From a virus (taxonomy: Duplodnaviria > Caudoviricetes), in the IMG/VR virus record IMGVR_UViG_3300042196_000173, positions 1-39,314 of that record: 39,314 bases of DNA. The stretch is one strand, 5' to 3'. Numbering within the stretch: position 1 is the first letter of the stretch; every line of letters begins with the position of its first letter. A program made the position numbers and the translations under genes. This document shows positions 25,164-33,571 of this stretch, piece after piece. The notes beneath the pieces were generated by a model that was not told the DNA's origin, made no database searches, and saw only the letters and a program-made list of their open reading frames with translations.

Positions 25164-27189
25164 TTCCGTTGCCTCCTTGGGCAGGTTGCGCGGAGCGAAC
25201 CCCCTGTAAAATCGTATTGATTATGTTTTTTCTGTTATCCAGAGACGCTTTTTCCTTGTCCAATTGAAGTTTCTGAACCATCCCCGCCAGCTTGATCTGC
25301 TGCTCAGCCGCTTTGCCTTGAAGCTTCTGTTGTGTCTCCATTTGCTTGGCTTGCACCTTCGCCTGAATTTCCATGAGTTTCGGCGGGGGTTGCGGAGGCT
25401 GCTGATCCACCAAGTCCATGATGGCCTCTACCGACTGAATACCCACCAACCGGAAAACTTCGCGAGCGTAGGCTTTTGCTGCCGGACTTCCTGGAGTCAC
25501 CCCTGCCGCTGGAAGCAGAGGAATCATCTTCTCGAGAATCTGCAACTGAGATTCCCGATCCATGGGGACCGTTGACCCAGCAACAACATCCACGTCCATC
25601 TCGCCTAAAATGTCCTGGCGATTCCAGGAGAAAGAAAAATCAGAAGTGAAGGACTGGCCTTGCATGGGGTTAGGCTGTGGAGACTGACCCTGGGTTCCTG
25701 GAATCTGGGACTGAGCCGAGGGACGGCCTGGAAGAATTCCCAGTATTTTGTGTTGGACGGAGCGCGGCCCGACAATTCTGGAAACCTTCGGGAGGTCATA
25801 CTTTTTCTGCATAATGCCGAGGAGCTTACGAGCTATCTCAGCAATAAAGTCTTCGAGAACGTCCACTTTTTCGTCCGCTCTGGCATGGCCTCCCATCATC
25901 TGAAGACGAAGCTCTCCAAGGGTGCGGGTAGGGACTTTCGCTTGCCCCCCCTGATCGGCTGGAGTCTGACCGGACACCACTTGGTAGAGCTTATAGGCTT
26001 CGTTGTAAATCTGGTAGGAATCGTTCTGAACAGGCGGGTATTGCGGGATGTCGTACTTGTTCTGAATAGGACCATTGGCCTTGATAATCGCCCCGTCATT
26101 TCCGTCCTTAAATTTATCCAATTCCGCATCATTAAAAAGATCAGGCTCAATAAAAATCTGACGATTCCAACGCTTCAGGTGATTGATCCAGATAGCCACA
26201 ATTTTGGTCATTTCAATGGCCAGCCCTTCCTGGGCCGCCACGTCCGACATCGGGAACACCTCGCCAGGAACCGGATTAAAAGCAAGTTGCGAGAAAGGGA
26301 AACCTCCAGAGAGATGCTCGGGATATTCCAGCTCGCTTAAATAGTAAGGACATCCCTGGGAGACGGTAGAGACCTTCATGTGATCCAAGTCATAGATTTC
26401 CCAAAGGGTCGCGGAGCGAATGTCTTGGTCGAGTTTTTTGGTGTTGACACCAGAGGTGTCATACCCCGCCTTTTCATCATCGGTTTTCGAGGTCGATTTC
26501 AGCATGTCGGTATGGCGGTAAATGCCGGACTCCCGAATCGCCCGTAAGGGCTTTGTGATCTTATGCGCCATCCAGCGTGCATTGTGGGTGGCGGGGAAGG
26601 TGGCGGAGGGATCAAAAACGATATCCTTATAAGGAACGTGGTAGGCGAAAACATTTTCGGACTTGATGAACTCGGAGGTTTCAACCTCCTGGACTTTTTT
26701 GGGACGTCCAGGCCCGCGCTTCTCTTCACGGGGCTGGCTCTCCGCTGTGCCAAACTCCGCTGCGTAGCCTACCTTTATATAGGAATGTCCTACCAGGATG
26801 GCTTCTAGAAGCGCTTTTTTGATCTCCGGCTTGAGCGCAATATCGCCCCAGGTATAATTAATGATCTGCTCAGCGATCTGCGAAGCCCCGATGTCCTCCA
26901 CCCGCTTGGGGTTTACGGTGATCCATGGATCACGGAAGTAAAGCCTAGCAATTTCCGTTTTCGTGTAGGCATAAATAAGATTGATCGGGATGATCGGGAT
27001 GGAAACCTTCTGCTGGAGAAACCCCCACTCATTTTTGTACTCCTCGATGTAGCGTTTCCATCCAGACTTCTCCGCATAATCGTCTCGGTCTTTCTCAGCC
27101 TTGGTGAGCGTGCGGAGCCAAGCTTCGACTTCGGACTTTTCAGACTCCAGATTCGGGCTTTCCCCAATCCCTACTTTTTCTTCCTTCAC
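25153..27189 (-). CDS. Portal protein (P22-like, with C-terminal coiled coil)
   Basis: 678 aa after terL; IPINLIY..YFRDP..GHSYIKVGY..FDPSA..VSG..MDVDVVAGST; Gln/Lys-rich C-terminal helix. Confidence 0.85.
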   Translation of the reverse strand: MKEEKVGIGESPNLESEKSEVEAWLRTLTKAEKDRDDYAEKSGWKRYIEEYKNEWGFLQQKVSIPIIPINLIYAYTKTEIARLYFRDPWITVNPKRVEDIGASQIAEQIINYTWGDIALKPEIKKALLEAILVGHSYIKVGYAAEFGTAESQPREEKRGPGRPKKVQEVETSEFIKSENVFAYHVPYKDIVFDPSATFPATHNARWMAHKITKPLRAIRESGIYRHTDMLKSTSKTDDEKAGYDTSGVNTKKLDQDIRSATLWEIYDLDHMKVSTVSQGCPYYLSELEYPEHLSGGFPFSQLAFNPVPGEVFPMSDVAAQEGLAIEMTKIVAIWINHLKRWNRQIFIEPDLFNDAELDKFKDGNDGAIIKANGPIQNKYDIPQYPPVQNDSYQIYNEAYKLYQVVSGQTPADQGGQAKVPTRTLGELRLQMMGGHARADEKVDVLEDFIAEIARKLLGIMQKKYDLPKVSRIVGPRSVQHKILGILPGRPSAQSQIPGTQGQSPQPNPMQGQSFTSDFSFSWNRQDILGEMDVDVVAGSTVPMDRESQLQILEKMIPLLPAAGVTPGSPAAKAYAREVFRLVGIQSVEAIMDLVDQQPPQPPPKLMEIQAKVQAKQMETQQKLQGKAAEQQIKLAGMVQKLQLDKEKASLDNRKNIINTILQGVRSAQPAQGGNGNAF

Positions 27190-27347
27190 TTGTACCCTCG
27201 GCGCCTTACCTGTGCCAAACTTATGGCGATGGCCTGGCGGCGGGACTTCACCTTCGGCCCCCCTTTTCCTGAGTGAAGCTCGCCCCGCTTAAATCGTCCC
27301 ATCTCTTCCTCTATGATCCCCTTTTTTGAACGCGAGCGAATCGGCAC
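27186..27347 (-). CDS. Small basic DUF6496-like protein (53 aa)
   Basis: MGRFKRGELHSGKGGPKVKSRRQAIAISL matches the DUF6496 pattern; GTG at 27347 overlaps the upstream TAG. Confidence 0.7.
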   Translation of the reverse strand: MPIRSRSKKGIIEEEMGRFKRGELHSGKGGPKVKSRRQAIAISLAQVRRRGYK

Positions 27348-27718
27348 TAACTGCCCCCCGAGTGCTTCAGAAGCCCCCACTTGTCCTTCAAAACATTAGC
27401 CCAGTCGTAATTTCGCGCGTGAGTGTTGGCCAGAGCCAGCCACTTCTGGTACTGCTGTTCCGCCGGAGTCAAGGTCTGCATCATTTGCTGAATCTCTGAC
27501 GGAGCCTTTGGAAGAATAGCTCCAGCTTCTCCCAGTCCACGTAATCCCTGAAAAGCGGGAACACCTACGCTCCCCACCATCCCTGGCGCGGTCGCTCCCG
27601 ATAGAGCGGCTATTAAATTGTTTACAAGCCTCTGTTCGAAAGGGGCCTCCAGCCCAGGCTCCGACATCCACGGGTACTGGCCTGTGCGAACTGAGTTAAG
27701 AGCCTGTGAGACGGGCAT
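27347..27718 (-). CDS. Hypothetical protein (123 aa)
   Basis: First ORF after the structured leader; coupled to the next gene. Confidence 0.55.
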   Translation of the reverse strand: MPVSQALNSVRTGQYPWMSEPGLEAPFEQRLVNNLIAALSGATAPGMVGSVGVPAFQGLRGLGEAGAILPKAPSEIQQMMQTLTPAEQQYQKWLALANTHARNYDWANVLKDKWGLLKHSGGS

Positions 27719-27807
27719 AAAAAAAATACTGGCGAGTTAGAGGGTTGGCTCCAACCAGCCAGTATCTTGTCTACGACCTATATATACCTTTAAATTGTTT
27801 TAGTCAA
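27719..27807 (-). promoter_or_regulatory. Candidate promoter plus terminator-like hairpin preceding the head operon
   Basis: TTGACT (27807-27802) followed by an imperfect TATA-rich -10; stem ATACTGGC/GCCAGTAT (27726-27765) with internal GGTTGG/CCAACC, followed by a T-run directly before the ATG. Confidence 0.55.
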
Positions 27808-27851
27808 TACCAGCAACCTACAGATTTTGCCATAAAACACATTGGGAACAT

Positions 27852-29339
27852 TCACGCCGCTATAGTCTGCCTCGATGATTTAAAAATAGTTTCCGGCAAT
27901 CCCTGTCCCATGCTGTGCTCAAACCTCACGGCGGGGGAAGATACGTTGTAAGGGATGTGCAGTTCGCTACGCACGTCCCGTTCGAGTCGGTCGCGCTCCC
28001 GCACCAACATTTCGGGGGAAAGCGAATCCGTCCAGACGTAGGATCGGTATTCTCCCTCGATTCCCTTGTAAAAATCCGCCGTGTGGAAATAGTCAACTTC
28101 TTTCGCATAAAGTTTATCGCCAGTCCCTCTGTAAGTATATACCCAATTTCCATTCTCCTCAACCGCTTCATCAAAATAAGGACTTCCTGGATACGGCGTA
28201 ATGATCGTCACATCAAAATCATTCGGCTTCGTCGTCAGAAGCCAGTCTCTCGTCTCCGCTATCGTTTTCTGGCTCTCCCCAGGGTGCCCCAAGGACATCA
28301 GCGCCTTCACCTTCAATCCACAGTCTCGGGCAATTTGCGCACATCGCGTGTTTTCCTCCCGCGTGGCTCGCTTCTGAATGTTTTCCAGAATTCGAGGAGA
28401 GCCAGACTCAAACCCAGTGAGTATCCACCGAAAGCCTGCTCGGTACATCGCCTGAGCTTGCGCTTCCGTGAATAGCTGAGCTTTAATAAATCCTCTAAGC
28501 TTGAAAGATTCACCGAGTTCCTCCTGAAGTTTCGCGATGGCTTGCATGAGCTCGAGTATCTGCGGGTTGACATTCAGTTCGTCATCGTAGAGCATGAATC
28601 CCTTGATCCCATACTCCGTGTAGAGATGACGGATTTCACCGACCACATTGGCGGTCGTGCGCATTCGCACGCGCCGAAGCATCGGAGAATTCCGTCCGCC
28701 ACAGAACCCGCATCCGAAGGGACAACCCAACTGGCAAATGAGACTGGTCGCCGGAACTCCGTCTATGGTGTAGTGGTAACTCGATAAATCGACAAGGTGA
28801 CGGGCAGGGAATGGCAACTCATTTAGTTTTTTGTTGGTTAAAAAAAGGGAGGACTTCGGATCATCCGCGTCAAGGATCTGGGAACGCGGCCACGGACTTA
28901 CCGCCTCTAGAATCGCTTCCTCGCCGTCGCCAGAAATAATCACGCAGAAGATTTCCTGCAACGCCTTCATCGCCTTGGTGGCGCGGCCCGTCACTTTCTG
29001 ACGCAGTTCGCGCTTGGCAGCGGCGTAAACGAGTGTGGGATGAGGTCCCCCGATAATCAGGCGGCACATCGGTTTTTTCTCTCTGATTTTTTTCGCAATC
29101 TGGTAGGCATTCGGCATCTGCGGGGTGGTAGCGGTGAGGCCAAAGTACTCGGTGGGGTGACTGGAGCAATAATCCGCGATCGCCTCCAGATAATTCTCTA
29201 TTCCAGACAGATCGAGCACGTCCACAGGATGCCCCGTGGCCTCCAGAACGGCCGCTACGCGCAATATTCCTAGGGACATGAACACCCGCTCGTCAAGTAA
29301 GAATGGCGAGGGCGGAATGATCAAACAGACGGGTGTCAC
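27852..29339 (-). CDS. B12-binding radical SAM enzyme (class B methylase-like, 495 aa)
   Basis: GTGA overlap with the terL stop; LIIPP..SLGILRVAAVL..GGPHPT..GDGE cobalamin-binding domain; GCPFGCGFC; YDDE, GFESGS, GHPGES, PYPGS. Confidence 0.9.
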   Translation of the reverse strand: MTPVCLIIPPSPFLLDERVFMSLGILRVAAVLEATGHPVDVLDLSGIENYLEAIADYCSSHPTEYFGLTATTPQMPNAYQIAKKIREKKPMCRLIIGGPHPTLVYAAAKRELRQKVTGRATKAMKALQEIFCVIISGDGEEAILEAVSPWPRSQILDADDPKSSLFLTNKKLNELPFPARHLVDLSSYHYTIDGVPATSLICQLGCPFGCGFCGGRNSPMLRRVRMRTTANVVGEIRHLYTEYGIKGFMLYDDELNVNPQILELMQAIAKLQEELGESFKLRGFIKAQLFTEAQAQAMYRAGFRWILTGFESGSPRILENIQKRATREENTRCAQIARDCGLKVKALMSLGHPGESQKTIAETRDWLLTTKPNDFDVTIITPYPGSPYFDEAVEENGNWVYTYRGTGDKLYAKEVDYFHTADFYKGIEGEYRSYVWTDSLSPEMLVRERDRLERDVRSELHIPYNVSSPAVRFEHSMGQGLPETIFKSSRQTIAA

Positions 29340-30817
29340 CCGCGCTTGGCGGCGATGTCGGAGAAGAACCGGTCGTAGACGGACATCTTCGCCTCCGGCA
29401 TTTTGTTCTTCACCCACCAGCCCAGGGTCCCCTCGGCGTAGGCGGGGGTTGGTTTTACCGTCTCCATGCTCGGAACAAGATAATCTAGTTGGTAGGACAG
29501 CGCGTCAATTAAGTCGTCGTGTTTTCCTCTAGGGAACGACAGTAACTCGTCACGAAGCTCCGACATATCTGATCGCAATTCCACGAGGCCCTGTTCAAAA
29601 TACGGCTGCAGTCGGCGTATTCGAGCTTCCTTCGAGAGGACCGCTTCACCACGCCCCGAATGTCTTTTGCCAAGTTCGTCAATACTAAAAAATATCCCGC
29701 GCTCTCGCTGTTGACGCTGGAGGTCGTATTTGAGCGTTTTCTGGAACGCGAAGGTTTCAATGCCGACACGGTGGAGCCTCCATTTCTTTACCAGGTTAAA
29801 CACTTCATCCACGAGGTCACTCGGAACCAAGCGTTTATGAAGAACGTCAACAACTCGTATTTTACGATCAGAAAACATTCCCGCAACCACCATCGCCGTG
29901 TAGTCGGCATCTCGCGATAATGCAATGGCTGGATCAATCGTGAGATAGAGAGATGACGGATGCGGAGTCACAGCAGAATAAGTTTTGATCCAATCCGATT
30001 TAAAGTCGGCGTTGTCCGGGTCGACGGGATCGTTCAAGTACTGCGTCGAGAAGTGATAGTAGCTTTTCTTTTTGATGTCGTCCAATTGGGCGGGGGTGAA
30101 TTTTTCTGGGAACAGCACGCTGCCGTCGGGATTGTAACAACTGCGAATGAACGTCGACCAATTGGCGTGCGTTTTGTTTTCCTCGAGGATGCGGGCGTAG
30201 AGGTCGTCCTGGTGGTAGCGCGTTCCGATGACGACCAGGCGGCCATCGGGTTCCAGGAGGTCAAACATGCTCAGATAAAATTCATAAACTTTTTCCCGCT
30301 GTTCTTTCGTGCGAACGTTGTCGGGTTCAACCAGATCGTCGGCGATGATCAAGTCATAGTGTTGGCTCGTCAGCGTTTTCTGCAGACCCGTCGCCATGAA
30401 GGTCGGGGAGTCCAGGATCTTTTTCCGCTGCCTTATCGTCAGCTCGTTCTGGTTCCAGAGATCCGATTCGAACGTCCCGAAGTAACGCTCGAGCATCGTG
30501 CCTCTGCCGAGCCACTTGGCAATGCTGCGCATGAACTTGACGGCGTTTTCCTCGGTGGCGTTGGCGATCAAAATTCTTATGTCGTGATTCTTGAGGGCTT
30601 GCTGGATGGCCCAGGCTTTGGTGACGATCCAACTTTTTAGGTGGCCACGGGGCAGTTCAATGTGAATGCGGTTGCCGGCGCCTTTAAGAAAAACGGCCAA
30701 CTCGTCGTGGACACGGCTCCAGTGCGGAGTGCCGAAGGCGCCGATGGCGAGCTTTTTAAGGGAGCCCTTGAGCGTGTCCTGGATGAGTCGGATTTCTTCG
30801 GCGAGGGTCGGGGTCAC
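29336..30817 (-). CDS. terL: Terminase large subunit
   Basis: LPRGHLKS Walker A; YDLIIADD Walker B; IGTRYH; IDPA..DYTA RNase H-like nuclease; FPRGKHDDLIDAL. Confidence 0.95.
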   Translation of the reverse strand: MTPTLAEEIRLIQDTLKGSLKKLAIGAFGTPHWSRVHDELAVFLKGAGNRIHIELPRGHLKSWIVTKAWAIQQALKNHDIRILIANATEENAVKFMRSIAKWLGRGTMLERYFGTFESDLWNQNELTIRQRKKILDSPTFMATGLQKTLTSQHYDLIIADDLVEPDNVRTKEQREKVYEFYLSMFDLLEPDGRLVVIGTRYHQDDLYARILEENKTHANWSTFIRSCYNPDGSVLFPEKFTPAQLDDIKKKSYYHFSTQYLNDPVDPDNADFKSDWIKTYSAVTPHPSSLYLTIDPAIALSRDADYTAMVVAGMFSDRKIRVVDVLHKRLVPSDLVDEVFNLVKKWRLHRVGIETFAFQKTLKYDLQRQQRERGIFFSIDELGKRHSGRGEAVLSKEARIRRLQPYFEQGLVELRSDMSELRDELLSFPRGKHDDLIDALSYQLDYLVPSMETVKPTPAYAEGTLGWWVKNKMPEAKMSVYDRFFSDIAAKRG

Positions 30818-30929
30818 TTTTTGTTTTTCTCGTCAGGTGTGGGGGCTTGACCAGCATGATGACATGGGGGGTGGGGTAATTTTTTTGTGGGAATGTCGAC
30901 TGCTAATTTAAAATTCATTGACGATAACT

Positions 30930-30958
30930 ACTTCCGATAACCAAAAATTATATTACCT
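30930..30958 (+). other. dif-like XerC/XerD site
   Basis: ACTTCCGATAA-ccaaaaa-TTATATTACCT; XerC-like arm ending ATAA and degenerate XerD-like arm starting TTAT; 7-nt spacer. Confidence 0.45.
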
Positions 30959-31001
30959 CTCTCCGACGGAGAACCTACTACACAAAAAAGTGAACTGCGA
31001 T

Positions 31002-31493
31002 TCATATTGATTTATGAACCACAGAGTTAGGAGTGCTAATTACCGTAGGTGACACCACTTCTGCGTCGACAATTCCTGATAATCGGGACTGATCGCCGTG
31101 CACAATATTAATATCCACCGTCACAGAATGCCGATAGTCTGGATTGTATTCTTCCGGAAACCATTTGCGCAGCCATCCGAAGCAATACATAGGGTTTTTC
31201 GACGACATCTTGTACATCATGGACTCTAATTTCCACTTGCCGTTTAGAATTAAATCGCGAAATTCTTCCGCAAAAGCTTTGTCCTGTTGGAGATGCCGTT
31301 CCAACGTTCGCGGGTGTATTCCAAGCTGGCCGCAAATCTTCGAAAAATCCGGCCATTCCCCCGTTTCCTCGTGAATTTGTTTTGACACTTCTATCAGTTT
31401 TAATTTCTTTTCCGGCGTGAAGTAAGAAGGCGCGGTAATATTTCCAGAGGCAGATAGGAATCCCGTCCGTTCATCCACTTGAAGGGCGTTCAC
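31002..31493 (-). CDS. terS: Probable terminase small subunit
   Basis: HTH ICGQLGIHPRTLERH..DKAF; WLRKWFPEEY; ..VDAEVV tail; directly upstream of terL. Confidence 0.7.
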   Translation of the reverse strand: MNALQVDERTGFLSASGNITAPSYFTPEKKLKLIEVSKQIHEETGEWPDFSKICGQLGIHPRTLERHLQQDKAFAEEFRDLILNGKWKLESMMYKMSSKNPMYCFGWLRKWFPEEYNPDYRHSVTVDINIVHGDQSRLSGIVDAEVVSPTVISTPNSVVHKSI

Positions 31494-31524
31494 CTCTTGA
31501 GTTTAAATCCTGTCCCTGCTTTTG

Positions 31525-31785
31525 TCAAGTGTCCCCCTGCCGGTAGTAGCCCGCTTTGCGTTCCAACGCCTTCTGATAATCCAGCGTCTCATACGTAAAA
31601 CTTCCATCCGGATTAATCCGTACACACACTTTCGAATGTCCTGGCGGGAATGGCAACGTTTTATTCAAGTTTTTACGTTTCTTCGGATCCGTTAACGCCG
31701 CCAAAGCTTCCCACGGCGGGATCGGTTCCGAATCCACAAAATCCGCCGGATGCACCAGTCTCCGCGACTTCTCGTCTAATTCCAT
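31525..31785 (-). CDS. Hypothetical protein (86 aa, MELDEKS...)
   Basis: GGAG SD; ATG right after the initiator stop. Confidence 0.55.
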   Translation of the reverse strand: MELDEKSRRLVHPADFVDSEPIPPWEALAALTDPKKRKNLNKTLPFPPGHSKVCVRINPDGSFTYETLDYQKALERKAGYYRQGDT

Positions 31786-31786
31786 G

Positions 31787-32377
31787 TTATTTTCTCCATT
31801 TTGAAATCCCGTATGGGTCCATTGTCTTTTTCCAACACACCTCACACGCGCAGTTTTCTGGGTGTTGGGGAGCCGCCGCGCCCGCAAGAGGCGCGGGCGG
31901 CGACCCCTCCAAAGTTGCCGTTTCCATTTCCTTATGCAGTAACGTCTTCTTATCTCCGTTATCTAACGTCCTGCGGGTTACGGTATCCGTAGACACTTCC
32001 GTTACGGTATCCGTAACACCATCCGTAACAATGCGCTCGCACTTAACTCTAATTTGTAGCCATTTATCAGGTCGATCTTTATATTTTATCTGCAAAAATC
32101 TACCGAAATATTGCCACCAATCATGAATCCTGAGATAAGGTGACGTGTCAACGAGTTGGCAAGCTATGAGCACCCTATGGCGACGCGGGAGCAAGAGTAT
32201 GGCATTGATTGCGCTCATTCCAAATGGTCTTAAATCTCCATCCGGAGCGTGTTTAGCGCACCAACACCACAAGCGTGTTAACTTACCAACAGCCTCATCT
32301 TCTGACCAGTTAGTCAGCCTTATTAATTTCAGAAATTTAGGATGCTCACGAATATCTACGTCTAATTGTATCCACAT
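31787..32377 (-). CDS. Phage replication initiator / replisome organiser-like protein
   Basis: MWIQLD..HPKF..AVGKL.RLWCW..DG..IHDW N-terminal domain; VTD repeats overlying DNA iterons. Confidence 0.7.
   Translation of the reverse strand: MWIQLDVDIREHPKFLKLIRLTNWSEDEAVGKLTRLWCWCAKHAPDGDLRPFGMSAINAILLLPRRHRVLIACQLVDTSPYLRIHDWWQYFGRFLQIKYKDRPDKWLQIRVKCERIVTDGVTDTVTEVSTDTVTRRTLDNGDKKTLLHKEMETATLEGSPPAPLAGAAAPQHPENCACEVCWKKTMDPYGISKWRK
31977..32029. repeat. Iteron-like repeats (putative origin) within the initiator gene
   Basis: GTTACGGTATCCGTA (31977-91), GTTACGG-tat-CCGTAAC (32001-17), ATCCGTAAC (32021-29). Confidence 0.7.
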
Positions 32378-32406
32378 AATAATTCAGCCCCCAGAGGTCC
32401 TATAAT

Positions 32407-32492
32407 TCGTGAGAATCGCTGGACATAGGGGCAAAAAAAATAGACTGTTCCCGACGGGAATCAGTCCAAAAAATCATTTACGATTCTCACGA
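32407..32492 (-). promoter_or_regulatory. Structured leader/attenuator upstream of the initiator
   Basis: 12-bp perfect inverted repeat TCGTGAGAATCG/CGATTCTCACGA enclosing hairpin 32443-32466, followed on the minus strand by TA and T8. Confidence 0.6.
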
Positions 32493-32570
32493 TAAACAAA
32501 GTAAACAAAACGCGGTTGTAATAGTCAAGTTAACCCTCCCGTAACACTTGTAAACTTCCTATAATACCCC

Positions 32571-32599
32571 TTGACAACCTAATCATCATGATGTACACT
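32571..32599 (+). promoter_or_regulatory. Early sigma70 promoter with palindromic spacer
   Basis: TTGACA-17 bp-TACACT; spacer contains the perfect palindrome CATCATGATG. Confidence 0.85.
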
Positions 32600-32625
32600 A
32601 GAGTATGGAAAGAGAGGACAACAAA

Positions 32626-32766
32626 ATGAAACTTTTCAAAGTCGGATACCGAGGAATCAGCCAGAGAACATTAATTCAAGCCAACTCACGCAAGGAAGCT
32701 AAGGAATTATTCGCTACCTTAGAAAACACAAAAGTATCGGCCTACATGATTGCGGAGAATGGATAA
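32626..32766 (+). CDS. First early gene (46 aa, MKLFKVGYRG...), absent from the ORF track
   Basis: GAGAGGA SD; in-frame leaderless ATG at 32605; TAATG coupling to the next gene. Confidence 0.65.
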   Translation: MKLFKVGYRGISQRTLIQANSRKEAKELFATLENTKVSAYMIAENG

Positions 32767-33035
32767 TGGATACCACTCCCTTGGCCGCCTCATTCGCTTG
32801 TAAAAATTGCGGAATACAATCATTCCCTTATCTGGGGAATAATACTCAATGCACATCCTGTCATTTAAAAGAGGCTCTAAGCATTATAAAACTCTATGCT
32901 ATTGCCTCACTGGAAAATGATATTCAACATCCATATTATTGCAATGGCTGTCAATCTTTTCTAACCGCAAAAAGCAAAGGCCACAAAGCAGGATGTTCGG
33001 TTTACGAGACCATTCAAGGAGACTGCAATGATTAA
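32766..33035 (+). CDS. Cys-rich early protein
   Basis: CKNC, CTSC, CNGC, H..C; coupled to neighbours. Confidence 0.6.
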   Translation: MDTTPLAASFACKNCGIQSFPYLGNNTQCTSCHLKEALSIIKLYAIASLENDIQHPYYCNGCQSFLTAKSKGHKAGCSVYETIQGDCND

Positions 33036-33243
33036 CCCACAACCGGAGACTCGTTATGTTTGTCCTTGTTGTGGAATGATTGAATACGTACATTTAAAAT
33101 CTTGTTTGCTCGGTGAAATGCTCGTGAAATTGATAGCGGTACGCGATGCCCTGCAAAAAACCAGCCAGTTAAAAGTGCCGAAAATTATAGATTCTCTGAA
33201 TGAAACTATTGCAAAAGCGCAACACCCAAAGGAGGTCGCCTAG
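33028..33243 (+). CDS. Small early protein
   Basis: CPCC..H..C; coupled to neighbours. Confidence 0.55.
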   Translation: MINPQPETRYVCPCCGMIEYVHLKSCLLGEMLVKLIAVRDALQKTSQLKVPKIIDSLNETIAKAQHPKEVA

Positions 33244-33533
33244 TGGACAAACGAATACGGGATGATAAAAGCCTTATCGACATGGCCAAAGAACTTGGCC
33301 ACATGGCTCATACTGAAACACCTTGGAGCGTGGATGCGCTCGGTTATTTACGTGGACCAAATAATGAGAATATCCTTGAGGAAAAATTAAACGCCGCCTT
33401 CATTGTCCGTGCTGTCAACAATCATGCCGGTCTTCTGGAAATACTGAAAGCCATTACGACTGGCGGATGGATCGATAGCAAAGAATTAGAACAGTTAGCA
33501 CGCGAAGCCATTGCCAAAGTGGAAGCTAAATAA
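33243..33533 (+). CDS. Early hypothetical protein
   Basis: AAGGAGG SD; HTETPW..NAAFIVRAVN.H..LL..AIAK is a common phage early-protein pattern. Confidence 0.7.
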   Translation: MDKRIRDDKSLIDMAKELGHMAHTETPWSVDALGYLRGPNNENILEEKLNAAFIVRAVNNHAGLLEILKAITTGGWIDSKELEQLAREAIAKVEAK

Positions 33534-33536
33534 TGA

Positions 33537-33567
33537 TTGACATGAACATGAATAGGAGTTATAACCT
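33537..33567 (+). promoter_or_regulatory. Internal early promoter
   Basis: TTGACA (33537-42) with TATAAC at 17 bp or TAACCT at 19 bp; ATG at 33572. Confidence 0.5.
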
Positions 33568-33571
33568 AGCC

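Noticed and set aside
25264-30911. Long plus-strand ORFs opposite portal, radical SAM and terL (e.g. 25660-26340, 27915-28475, 29960-30640)
   Set aside because: These are antisense shadows of well-supported genes with no motifs. The same applies to 6656-7141, 18465-19136, 21229-21774 and 22411-22908.
31977-32029. CRISPR mini-array
   Set aside because: The repeats are short, nearly adjacent, lack unique spacers and lie inside a CDS, which fits iterons.
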